Source of the DNA: Candidatus Micrarchaeota archaeon
GTDB taxonomy: Archaea; Micrarchaeota; Micrarchaeia; Anstonellales; Bilamarchaeaceae
DNA: 64,000 nucleotides
Assembly (NCBI GenBank): GCA_043821365.1
Contig: JBDRCX010000002.1
Span: 32,001 to 96,000 of the forward strand
Reading direction: 5' to 3'
The position numbers and the translations under genes are program-made. Each line of letters opens with the position of its first letter. Position 1 is the stretch's first letter. Below are positions 9,774 to 19,208 of this stretch, one piece after another. Below the pieces are notes generated by a model that saw only the letters and a program-made list of their open reading frames with translations, was not told the origin of the DNA and searched no databases.

Positions 9774-12075
9774 CAGTAAGTTCTCCTTTTGTTGTTTCTA
9801 TTTTCTTTATTTTGCTGATTTTAGCAAGTTCGTCTAATAGTTCCTTGTCCATTTCTTCTGGTGTTGATAATCTTACTAATTCAAGTTCAGCATTTTGTGG
9901 AAGCTTGTTTTTTGATTTATATTGTCTTAATTGACTAACTACTTCGCTTAAAACCTCAACTTCTTCAACATCTTTTTTATATTCTTCTCCTGCTTCTGGC
10001 CATTTTTGGCTTGTTACATTTTCTTTGAATAAATTAGTGTAAATTTCTTCTGTTATGTGTGGTGTGAATGGTGACATTAGTTTCAGAGATTCCATAATCA
10101 CTTTTCTTAAAGTGTAGAATGATGCATTTCTTGTTGGTCCTTCTGTGTAAACTCTGTGCTTTACATACTCAAGATAATTATCACAGAACTCCTGCCAGAA
10201 AAATCTTTGTATCTTGTTCATTGCATAGTGATACTCGAAATTTTCAAGGTGTTCGGTACATTCTTTGATTAATGTGTTTAGTTTACCTATAATCCATTTG
10301 TCAACCATTGTCAGTTCTGGCTGTTCTTTTATCTCTTCTTTTACAACTGTCTCATAAAACCTTGCTGCATTCCAAATTTTACTTAGGAAACTTTTTGCAT
10401 ATTTTATGTCTTCAAAACTAAATGGTCTGTCTTTTGCCATTGCTCCGCTTAATGCAGCCCACTGCCTTATTGCATCAGTTGGATAGTCTTTGAGTAGGTC
10501 TGTTGGTGAAATTATATTACCCAAAGACTTACTCATCTTTTTTCCATCTGGTGCCAAAACATTTCCGTTTAATAGGATTGTTTCAAATGGAGGAATTCCA
10601 GTTAATGCTCCACTTCTATAAATTGTATAAAACGCCCATGTTCTCACTATTTCTACTCCCTGTGGACGTAATGAAACAGGATAGAACTTTTTCATTTTTT
10701 CCTTATCTGGCCATCCTGCAACTATCAAAGGACTTATGCTTGAGTCTACCCAACAATCGCATGTGCTTGTCTCTGCTTTCATTATCTTTCCGCATTCGCA
10801 TTTTTTTTCAGCTGCTTTTTCTGGATAGAATGGCAAATCTTCTGCTGGTGCTGTTTTTCCACATTCACATCCATAAAATGGCAATGGAGTACCAAAAACC
10901 CGTTGTCTTGAAATAACCCAGTCCCATTCTGCACCTTCTACCCAATCAATTAAATATGAAATTCCAAACTCAGGCACCCATTTTATCTTATGGGCCATTT
11001 CCTTGATTGTTTTTGCAGGTGTTCTTATGTCTGCAAACCATTGAAGGGATGGAATCAATTCAACTGCTGTTTTACATCTATCATGGACTTTTACTGTTTG
11101 TTTTAGGCTTTGTTTTTTGACAATTTTTCCTTGTGCTTCTAGTTCTTCAGTTATCTTTTTCTTTGCTTCAGCTATTTTCAATCCATCTAATGAATCAGAA
11201 TTGATCATTTTACCATACTGATTTATTGCTTGGTATAATGGAAGTTTGTGCCTGTGCATCCAGACAACATCCATTTTATCACCGAAAGTACAAACCATTA
11301 CCAATCCAGAACCAAATTCCTTGTCAACATCTTTATCTGGTAAAATTGGTACTTCTTTTCCTAATGGGGTTTTTATCTTCCCTGTTAATCCTTTGTATCT
11401 TTCATCTTCTGGATTGTAAAGAACTGCTTCGCAAGCATGTAATAGTTCTGGTCTTGTTGTTGCAATTATGTGTTCTTTATTGTCTTGAGTAAATTTGAGG
11501 TGGATCATATTCCCGTCTTTTTCTTCATCATCTAATTCTGCTTTTGCAATTGCAGAAACACATTTTGGACACCAATAAACAGGGTATTTATCTCTGTAAA
11601 CTAGCTTATTTTTGTACATTTCAATTAGTGAAATTTGGACTTTTTTATGATAATCAGGATCCATTGTTCTGTATTCATATCTCCAGTCTGGGCTGAAACC
11701 CATCTGAGTCATTTGTGTTTTCATTTTTGCTATCATTTCTTTTGTCCATTCAACGCATTTTTCTCTAAATTGTGGCGGTGGAAGTCGTCCATGTTTTTTT
11801 TCTACTTTTACTTCTGTTGGGAATCCTTGTGTGTCCCATCCTTGTGGATAATAGACGTTGAATCCTTTCATTCTTTTGTATCTTGCTGCAAAGTCAAAGT
11901 AGCTGTAGGAAAGAACATGGCCCATGTGCAATTCGCCAGATGTGAATGGTGGTGGGGTGTCTATTGAATAGATTTTTTTAGTGGCGTTATTTTCATCGAA
12001 ATTGTATGTTTTGTTCTCTTCCCAGTATTTCTGCCATTTTTCTTCTATTTTTTGATCAAATCTTTGTTGAAGCAT
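9760..12075 (-). CDS. valS: Valyl-tRNA synthetase (archaeal type)
   Basis: DTPPPFTSGELHMGH, ATTRPE, DWVISRQR, KMSKS. Confidence 0.95.
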   Translation of the reverse strand: MLQQRFDQKIEEKWQKYWEENKTYNFDENNATKKIYSIDTPPPFTSGELHMGHVLSYSYFDFAARYKRMKGFNVYYPQGWDTQGFPTEVKVEKKHGRLPPPQFREKCVEWTKEMIAKMKTQMTQMGFSPDWRYEYRTMDPDYHKKVQISLIEMYKNKLVYRDKYPVYWCPKCVSAIAKAELDDEEKDGNMIHLKFTQDNKEHIIATTRPELLHACEAVLYNPEDERYKGLTGKIKTPLGKEVPILPDKDVDKEFGSGLVMVCTFGDKMDVVWMHRHKLPLYQAINQYGKMINSDSLDGLKIAEAKKKITEELEAQGKIVKKQSLKQTVKVHDRCKTAVELIPSLQWFADIRTPAKTIKEMAHKIKWVPEFGISYLIDWVEGAEWDWVISRQRVFGTPLPFYGCECGKTAPAEDLPFYPEKAAEKKCECGKIMKAETSTCDCWVDSSISPLIVAGWPDKEKMKKFYPVSLRPQGVEIVRTWAFYTIYRSGALTGIPPFETILLNGNVLAPDGKKMSKSLGNIISPTDLLKDYPTDAIRQWAALSGAMAKDRPFSFEDIKYAKSFLSKIWNAARFYETVVKEEIKEQPELTMVDKWIIGKLNTLIKECTEHLENFEYHYAMNKIQRFFWQEFCDNYLEYVKHRVYTEGPTRNASFYTLRKVIMESLKLMSPFTPHITEEIYTNLFKENVTSQKWPEAGEEYKKDVEEVEVLSEVVSQLRQYKSKNKLPQNAELELVRLSTPEEMDKELLDELAKISKIKKIETTKGELTVTVE

Positions 12076-12176
12076 AGTAATACCTGCTAAATGTGGTGTT
12101 TACCTATACAAAAATGACGCAGTCTCCTTATAAATACGTGTTACGTCTGTTAAAATTAAGTAAAATAAAAATTAAA

Positions 12177-13115
12177 CTATGCAATCATTGTTCTTTTTGG
12201 AACAACTAGGTTTAGGTTGCCTGAATGGAGTTCTGTGACTGCACCTATGTGTCCGTCCAATGTAGATAAAACATCATCCATCTTATTTGTTCTAAGTGCT
12301 TCTTCAGCTGCTCTTATTGTGTTTGGTCCAAGTGATAGTAGTTTTGCAAGTTTTTCTCTTTCGAGCCTTCTTTCATCTTCACCTTTTTGTTCACTGATTA
12401 ATTTTGTAAGTGATTCTTTTGCTCTTTCTCTTGCATCAAGTGCTAAAAGTCTCATTGTTGGATTTGTTGAACTTTCTTCTCCACTTTGTGTTATCCCTAA
12501 TTGTTTTGCAGCTTCTGATACATCAGCAAGACCAAATCCCAATTGTAATGCCGCTCTAAGTCCGTCTTCTTGTTCTTGTTTACTTCGTCCTTCAAGGTAT
12601 TTAGCCACAAAAGTTGCTTTTGGTTGTCCATTTGCATAAGTTCCCCCATATGACGCTAGTTCGGCTGCAGTTTCCCCTCCTGTTGCCATGACTCCATTTG
12701 ATTCAGGCGTTCCTAGGGGGTGTGATTGTCCATACTCTACTGAATCATCAAGATTTTGTACTAGAAATACTTGCCTAAGTTCTCTAAATGTAGTTTCTGT
12801 TGCAACTACTGTAAGAGGAAAACTAAAACCGCTGAATCTAGCGAAATTGTTTTCAGCAATCGAAGCTACTACTGCTTGGTCTTGTTCCATCATCTTCGCT
12901 TGAATATCTTGGGTTATCCCGAGTGTTGGCGGTGTTTCCTGAAGGATTACTGGTAATCGTTCTTTGAATTTTCTTCTACTAACTTCAAAAAGGTCTACTG
13001 AGGCTTTTATATCTATTGGGGCTTCTGTTCTAATCGGTTGTTGTGCTGGTGTTTGTAATACAGGAGCAATTGGTGCATCTGTTTTATCCGGTTCAGTTAT
13101 TCTTGGAGCTGCCAT
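12177..13115 (-). CDS. Hypothetical protein
   Basis: 312-aa ORF, helical composition, no recognised motif. Confidence 0.65.
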   Translation of the reverse strand: MAAPRITEPDKTDAPIAPVLQTPAQQPIRTEAPIDIKASVDLFEVSRRKFKERLPVILQETPPTLGITQDIQAKMMEQDQAVVASIAENNFARFSGFSFPLTVVATETTFRELRQVFLVQNLDDSVEYGQSHPLGTPESNGVMATGGETAAELASYGGTYANGQPKATFVAKYLEGRSKQEQEDGLRAALQLGFGLADVSEAAKQLGITQSGEESSTNPTMRLLALDARERAKESLTKLISEQKGEDERRLEREKLAKLLSLGPNTIRAAEEALRTNKMDDVLSTLDGHIGAVTELHSGNLNLVVPKRTMIA

Positions 13116-13145
13116 AATATGTATTAGGAAAAGAGAATTAAAAAA

Positions 13146-13835
13146 CTACCTTCTTGCTATTGGTTCTTGTACTCCTGGTTCTAATGCTAAATATGCTCCC
13201 CCATAGAATTCTTTACTTGTTGTGTAATAAGAAGCTGCTGCAGTTAGATACCCACCTTCATGTTGTCCAAGTATTTGTCCTCGTTCATTCAGTGGTATCG
13301 CATAAGCAGTTATTACTTTTTCTCTAGACTCTCCCTCCTCGGTTATCTCAATTAATACTTTGAATCTTACTATTTTCTGACCTGTTAATTTTTCTATTGC
13401 ACTGGTGAAACCACTTATGTCTATTTGCCACATTCTTTTATCTTCTGGTATTGTTTTGTCGGTTAGTGAAAAACCCAAACTAGAACGAGTGTTTGGTACT
13501 ACAGTAGCTGCAATCAAACAATCTGGGTGTTGTTTTATATTCATGCGTCTTCCTGTTCTTGGTTCTATTACATCCTCTCTAAACTGATATTGTTTTTGCG
13601 TTTCTCTATCTAAATTAGGTATACTATCACCTAATCTTAGGGTATCGACCTTTATTCCAGCTACCTGTAATTCCTGTGCCATGGCAGCTCTTGGAGTAAA
13701 TAAAATTGCTGAAGTTGCACCAACAGTACCAAATGCTAATGCTGTACCTAATACAATAGAAGCAGCAAATCTATTAGAAACTTGAAAATAAGGACGCTTA
13801 GAAACTTCTGGTGGTTTGCGAAGCTGATCTTGCAT
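13146..13835 (-). CDS. Hypothetical exported protein
   Basis: From MQDQLRK (13835): long basic N-region, hydrophobic stretch, AMA/QEL signal peptidase I-like site. Confidence 0.6.
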   Translation of the reverse strand: MQDQLRKPPEVSKRPYFQVSNRFAASIVLGTALAFGTVGATSAILFTPRAAMAQELQVAGIKVDTLRLGDSIPNLDRETQKQYQFREDVIEPRTGRRMNIKQHPDCLIAATVVPNTRSSLGFSLTDKTIPEDKRMWQIDISGFTSAIEKLTGQKIVRFKVLIEITEEGESREKVITAYAIPLNERGQILGQHEGGYLTAAASYYTTSKEFYGGAYLALEPGVQEPIARR

Positions 13836-14099
13836 GTTACTGCGATGAAGTCTCATAGAAATCCATATAACTCGCCACAAAACCCATTAAAAAAACTATC
13901 GTTTTTTGTGAAAAATTACTATTTTTTTGAAAATTGTGATTTTTCCACATTTTCTAACCATCACAAACATGTGAAATGTTACAATTTACACTATTCTTGC
14001 AAAATCAGAGCATAAAATTAGAATTTTTATAACTGATTAAAAAAGTAAAAATAAAAGTGGATGCCTAAGAGTTATAATAATTCTTTTCAGAACTAATTT

Positions 14100-15494
14100 A
14101 TGAGAAAATTATCTGCTATTCTGGTTCTTTTGCTGGTATTTGGCTGCATCTCAGAACAACCAACTCAGAATCTTGATGAAAATGTTACAACCTATGAAAA
14201 CACATCTAACCTATCCAAATCAGATATAACCACAGCTGACAAAAATTATTCAATACGATTTGGTATTAATGGAGGTCTTTATTCAGATGGAAAAAACAAA
14301 CAGGAATTTTACTTAATAAAAAAACAACTTGATGATACTGGTCCTATTTGGCTAAGGCATCTTGGTAAAGTTGGGTGGTTTGACATATCTTCTCAGAAAG
14401 GAGAATGGGACTGGGAATTATTAGATAATGTTCTTCTGAATGATACTCACCCATGGGTAATAGAGATATTTGGTTCGACAGGAACAGTTTATCCGTATGG
14501 GGGATTCTCCCATGATTATCTCACTCAAATCCCTCGTAATGGAGGAACAAAAGAAGACATAATGAATTACATTAAATCATATTCAGTTAATCTTAGTGAT
14601 CCACAACAATTAGTAGATACTGAAGAGTATGTGAAAACCTTTGTATTGAGATACAAAGATCAGGTAAAATACTGGGAAATCAGCAATGAAGGTATAAATG
14701 CTCCAAACCGATACGAACTTATCAAATATTGCTATAAGTGGATAAAGGAAGTTCATCCAGATGCTATTATCATACTTACAGGAATTGCTGGAGATGATGA
14801 CGAGATGTTTGACACTGGTCTAGCATCCTTAGATACCATGTTGGCAAATGGCATTGGTGATTATTTTGATGTCGGTAATTTTCATTATTATGGAAAAATA
14901 GAAACTAATTTTGAGAAACAATTAGAGGATAGGTATTATGCCTATGATTCACTTCTAAAAAAATACAATCTAACCAAACCAATATGGGTTACTGAAACTT
15001 CCACGTCAAGTGCAACAAATTCTGTTTTATCAGGCCCAAGTTCCGAAAAATTACAAGCTCAGCATCTTGTAAAAAGATTTGTTGTTTTTGCAGGAATGGG
15101 AGCAGAAAAAGTGTTTTGGCATAGTTTCAAGGCATCAGATATTGATAATAAATTCTACGAATGTAATCTTGTTGATCAAAATACTAATCAACCAAAACCA
15201 GCATATTATACTTTCAAATTATTAATGGGCAAAATCGGGTATTTCCAGTCAGTTACAAAATTACAAGGAAATACTATAAGGTTATACAAATTCACTAATT
15301 CGGAAGATGTTGTTTTTGTTGCTTGGTCAACAAATTCTTCTCAAACACTTGATCTAAGTTCTTACTTGGGTTCTGATAGTGTTTTAGTGACACATCTTTT
15401 AGAAGAGAGGAATGCCACAATTATAAAAGAAGAATTACCTTCGAACAATATTACTATCACCGAAAGCCCGATTTTCATTGAAGAACTTACTTAA
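14100..15494 (+). CDS. Lipoprotein glycoside hydrolase, clan GH-A (GH39/GH5-like)
   Basis: Lipobox LVFGC; WEISNEG acid/base and IWVTET nucleophile motifs; C-terminal beta domain. Confidence 0.75.
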   Translation: MRKLSAILVLLLVFGCISEQPTQNLDENVTTYENTSNLSKSDITTADKNYSIRFGINGGLYSDGKNKQEFYLIKKQLDDTGPIWLRHLGKVGWFDISSQKGEWDWELLDNVLLNDTHPWVIEIFGSTGTVYPYGGFSHDYLTQIPRNGGTKEDIMNYIKSYSVNLSDPQQLVDTEEYVKTFVLRYKDQVKYWEISNEGINAPNRYELIKYCYKWIKEVHPDAIIILTGIAGDDDEMFDTGLASLDTMLANGIGDYFDVGNFHYYGKIETNFEKQLEDRYYAYDSLLKKYNLTKPIWVTETSTSSATNSVLSGPSSEKLQAQHLVKRFVVFAGMGAEKVFWHSFKASDIDNKFYECNLVDQNTNQPKPAYYTFKLLMGKIGYFQSVTKLQGNTIRLYKFTNSEDVVFVAWSTNSSQTLDLSSYLGSDSVLVTHLLEERNATIIKEELPSNNITITESPIFIEELT

Positions 15495-15601
15495 GTTTAT
15501 TTTCAACCAGAGGATCAAATTTCATCATTTGTTTTGCTGCACTTACTGTTATTGCAGTCATGACCATTGTTGCAATCATACTCTAAAATCATGCTTAAAA
15601 A

Positions 15602-16375
15602 TTAAAAAACTAGCTTCATACCATCTTTGGCAGCAATCGTTTTTACTCCACTTAATTTTTCGATTCTTTCAGCTTCTAAAGTTGGGCCAGCTCTAAGCAT
15701 TTTGATTCCCATATGCGTTATCACGCATGTTTTCGGCTGTGCTTCCTTAATTATCCTGACAACATCGTCTGTTTTCAAATGGCCTTCATATTCATCATTT
15801 TTTGGTTTTATGCAATTTATGATCAAAGCATCACAACCAGAAAATTCCTTACCAAATTCTTCTCTATATTCTGTATCGCTAATATAACCAACTACAACAT
15901 TATCTACTGTTAACTTAAACCCAAAATTACTTTCTTCATCATGCTTTAATTCAAGAATTTCAATTTCAAAATTTCCTTTACTAGTTTCAAATTTTTTCTT
16001 ATCACCGTACTTAGCTGAATAAACAGTGGAAACTTTTGACTGGTGCCATCTTCCTATCCCTCTATCTCTATCATCACTTCCATCTATGGTTTGCTTACTT
16101 CCAATCAAAATTCCTCTTTTTTTCAATGAATAATTAGTCATTCCCTCTATCAAAACAGCAGCATCGCTTACATGGTCAGTGTGGTTATGAGTTACAATAA
16201 TACAATCAAGATGCAAAGGATCCTGCCTATTCCTAATAGAATGCAAAAGTGCACCAGGTCCTGGGTCAACATGGATATTTGCTGAACGGGAGTTTATCCT
16301 AAATCCACCTGTCCCTCTAACCTGTTTTATAATATTAACGCGGCCACCGCCAGTTCCAAGAAAAACAAGTTCCAT
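15602..16375 (-). CDS. MBL-fold metallo-hydrolase
   Basis: FLGTGGG, VDPGPG, THNHTDH, SDT, THMG. Confidence 0.88.
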   Translation of the reverse strand: MELVFLGTGGGRVNIIKQVRGTGGFRINSRSANIHVDPGPGALLHSIRNRQDPLHLDCIIVTHNHTDHVSDAAVLIEGMTNYSLKKRGILIGSKQTIDGSDDRDRGIGRWHQSKVSTVYSAKYGDKKKFETSKGNFEIEILELKHDEESNFGFKLTVDNVVVGYISDTEYREEFGKEFSGCDALIINCIKPKNDEYEGHLKTDDVVRIIKEAQPKTCVITHMGIKMLRAGPTLEAERIEKLSGVKTIAAKDGMKLVF

Positions 16376-16395
16376 GTTCTTGATTTAACACTAAA

Positions 16396-17295
16396 TTATT
16401 TAATCATCTTGCAGAACATGCAAATTCCCTTTGATGAAGCTTCGCCACAAGAAGAGCAACTACCTATTTTTTTTATTTGTCCATATTTTTTACGTAGTGC
16501 ATCCTCTATTTCTAGAAATGAATTCACTATCTTGAATTTTGTCCCAGGGTATCTTTCTTCACTTTCATTAATCATCTTTCTTACATGCCCTCTGAAAGCA
16601 AATCTTGCATATGGACATTCAATATGTTCAAGATCAATTTCTTTCAATAAAGCATAGATGGCTATTTCTTTTTCAGGGGTTAACATGAGTGGTTTTATCC
16701 TTTGTACTAATTTTATATCATCAAAAAGAGGTTCATTAAATCTTGCAAGGCGTGAAGGTTCATTCCTCATAATATTCATCAAAACTGTTTGTGCAACATC
16801 ATCAAGATTGTGTCCAATTGCCAATTTGTTTGCTTTTACTTCTTTTGCACCTTTATTGAGCATATACCTTCTTATCACACCACAAAAACTGCAAGGTAAT
16901 TTTTCTTCATCATTTTTCTCTATTTGATCAAGTGTTTTTCCAGCAACTTCTTTGAAAGAAAACACATGATGTTCAATTCCGAGTTCTTTACATTGTTTTT
17001 TTGCTATTTTGAGTGTTTTAGCCCGGTAGTTTTTGATTCCTTCGTCTATGGTTATGGCAACAAGTTCAAATGGAAGGTCTTTTTGCAGTTGATAAAGTGA
17101 TTGAAGTAAAACACAACTATCTTTTCCTCCAGATAGTCCAACAGCTATTCTATCTCCCTTTCGGATCATTGAAAATAGTCTAACTGTTTTTCTGAACCGT
17201 TTGTCAAACATCTTGATAAAATGCTTCTCACAAAGATATTTGCTGGAGTAAGGTAATACCACAATTGGTTCTTTTCCACAATAGCATTTATTCAT
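16396..17295 (-). CDS. tRNA 2-thiolation protein (TtuA/Ncs6/TIGR00269 family)
   Basis: PP-loop SGGKDS, CSFCGVIRR, GHNLDD, CPYA, terminal CxxC pairs. Confidence 0.9.
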   Translation of the reverse strand: MNKCYCGKEPIVVLPYSSKYLCEKHFIKMFDKRFRKTVRLFSMIRKGDRIAVGLSGGKDSCVLLQSLYQLQKDLPFELVAITIDEGIKNYRAKTLKIAKKQCKELGIEHHVFSFKEVAGKTLDQIEKNDEEKLPCSFCGVIRRYMLNKGAKEVKANKLAIGHNLDDVAQTVLMNIMRNEPSRLARFNEPLFDDIKLVQRIKPLMLTPEKEIAIYALLKEIDLEHIECPYARFAFRGHVRKMINESEERYPGTKFKIVNSFLEIEDALRKKYGQIKKIGSCSSCGEASSKGICMFCKMIK

Positions 17296-17345
17296 TTTAT
17301 TACCACGGTGGTTCGTATCGAGCCGTTAGGCGAGACCAACGAACA

Positions 17346-17534
17346 TTAGCCTCCAAAAACTACTTTTATTATTTCAACTTTATCTGTTTTTTTAAGTTGA
17401 GTTGTTTCAGGCACAAGTTTTCCATTAACTTTTATCACTATTTCTTCTCTCATAAAACCAAGTTTCTTGACTAGTTCTATCATCGTACCATTAAAACTAA
17501 TTTTCTTCTTCTTATTGTCAATTATTATGTCTAT
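17346..17534 (-). CDS. Ubiquitin-like ThiS/MoaD/SAMP sulfur carrier (62 aa), apparent ATA start
   Basis: Missed by ORF track; reads (M)DIIIDNKKKKISFNGTMIELVKKLGFMREEIVIKVNGKLVPETTQLKKTDKVEIIKVVFGG-stop; C-terminal GG, VNG motif, directly upstream of the thiolase. Confidence 0.85.
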   Translation of the reverse strand: MDIIIDNKKKKISFNGTMIELVKKLGFMREEIVIKVNGKLVPETTQLKKTDKVEIIKVVFGG

Positions 17535-17538
17535 TTCA

Positions 17539-17889
17539 TCACCTTAGAATAGCATCCTGATTGGTATATTTCTTAATCAACTTAGTAAAAAATCCAATGA
17601 TCCACTGTTCTTCAAAATCATTAGCCCAAATCCCTGCTACATTACCATTAATTCTAAATGTATACATTACTTCATCAGGTATTCCATCTCTTTCTGAATT
17701 CTTAAGTTCAGGTATTTTTTCAAATTGTTTAAGTTCGTTTTCATCTAACTGAAAAGTGCCGTAACCAGTTATTTTTCCCTTAACATTATGTATTATTGAA
17801 AGCTGATTTCCAGAGAATTTCAATCCCCATTCTCCATATCCAATTGGGTGATTAGCGCCTCCACTAGAAAACTCAACTTCCATGGACAA
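17539..17889 (-). CDS. Hypothetical protein
   Basis: 116-aa ORF; its TGA overlaps the GGTGA RBS of the sulfur carrier. Confidence 0.6.
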   Translation of the reverse strand: MSMEVEFSSGGANHPIGYGEWGLKFSGNQLSIIHNVKGKITGYGTFQLDENELKQFEKIPELKNSERDGIPDEVMYTFRINGNVAGIWANDFEEQWIIGFFTKLIKKYTNQDAILR

Positions 17890-17934
17890 ATTTGTGTGCG
17901 TAAGCTAAATAAGGCTTGGCTAATTAATAATTTC

Positions 17935-19158
17935 ATGAAGATCACATCCATATGGGCACGAGAGATACTTGACTCTAGGGGGAATCCAACTGTCGAAGTT
18001 GATGTTGCTACTGAGAATGCATTTGCAAGTGCCGCAGCTCCAAGTGGAGCATCTACGGGCACTCACGAAGCAGTTGAGCTTCGTGATGGGGGCACTAGGT
18101 ATCTTGGCAAAGGAGTCATCAATGCAGTTGATAATATAAACAACATAGTTGCGCCTGCATTGCTTGGTATGGATCCAACTGAACAAGAAAAAATAGATGA
18201 AAAATTAAAACAACTTGACGGTACTCCTTTCAAAAGCAAACTCGGTGCAAATGCTACTGTTGCAGTTTCTATGGCAGTTTTAAGAGCAGCAGCAGCTTCA
18301 GAAGGTAAAATGCTTCACGAGTATCTTGGTGGTGATACTCTACCATTTGCATTGTTCAACATAATCAATGGTGGGAAACATGCTGGGAACGGACTTGCAA
18401 TACAAGAATTTATGATAATTCCAGAAGCAGACATATTCTCCGAAAGGCTACAGATGGCAAGTGAAATTTATCACATTCTCGGAAAAAGGCTTGTTGATAA
18501 ATATGGTCCAACTGCAAAAAATGTCGGTGATGAAGGTGGCTATGCCCCTCCGATAAATAACGCATATCAAGCACTGGATGCCATTGTTGGTGCAATTGAA
18601 GAAGCTGGATATAAGGATGCATGTTCACTTGCTTTGGATGCTGCGGCATCCTCTTTTTATGACAGTAAAAAAGGTACCTATTCTATTGATTCAAAACATC
18701 TGAAAGAATCAGAACTAGTAGATTATTATCTTGATCTTACAAAAGCCTATCCCATAAAAAGTATAGAAGATCCATTTGATGAGGAAAGCTTTGAAGCATT
18801 TGCCGTTTTACACAAGGAAGCAAGAAATATTCAGATAGTCGGAGATGATCTTACGGTTACAAATGTTAAAAGATTAAAAGAAGCAATTTCTCATAAATCA
18901 ATAAACGCACTTTTACTGAAATTAAATCAAATAGGTACGGTAACAGAAACATTAAATGCAGTTAGTTTGTGCAAGAAAGCTGGTCTTAATATCGTTGTTA
19001 GTCATCGTTCTGGCGAAACAGAAGATTGTTTTATTTCTGATTTTACTGTTGGTATAAATGCAAAACAGATAAAAACAGGCGCTCCAGCAAGAGGAGAAAG
19101 AACGGCAAAGTACAATCAATTGTTGAGAATTGAAGAGAGGTTTGGTCTCTCTGGTTAA
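17935..19158 (+). CDS. eno: Enolase
   Basis: From MKITSIWAREILDSRGNPTVEVDV; PSGASTG, NGGKHA, SHRSGETED, KTGAPARGER. Confidence 0.97.
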   Translation: MKITSIWAREILDSRGNPTVEVDVATENAFASAAAPSGASTGTHEAVELRDGGTRYLGKGVINAVDNINNIVAPALLGMDPTEQEKIDEKLKQLDGTPFKSKLGANATVAVSMAVLRAAAASEGKMLHEYLGGDTLPFALFNIINGGKHAGNGLAIQEFMIIPEADIFSERLQMASEIYHILGKRLVDKYGPTAKNVGDEGGYAPPINNAYQALDAIVGAIEEAGYKDACSLALDAAASSFYDSKKGTYSIDSKHLKESELVDYYLDLTKAYPIKSIEDPFDEESFEAFAVLHKEARNIQIVGDDLTVTNVKRLKEAISHKSINALLLKLNQIGTVTETLNAVSLCKKAGLNIVVSHRSGETEDCFISDFTVGINAKQIKTGAPARGERTAKYNQLLRIEERFGLSG

Positions 19159-19208
19159 ATAAAGGCTTAAAAAATATAGTGTGCAAGATTGCATAATAAA
19201 GTGAAATT

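Noticed and set aside
13881-14099. Repeated TGTGA/TCACA words in a long intergenic region
   Set aside because: No consistent spacing or clean palindrome; compatible with chance in AT-rich DNA
15495-15601. Small minus-strand ORFs (25 aa Cys-containing; about 30 aa Met/Thr-rich) between convergent genes
   Set aside because: No RBS or promoter support and no link to neighbouring functions
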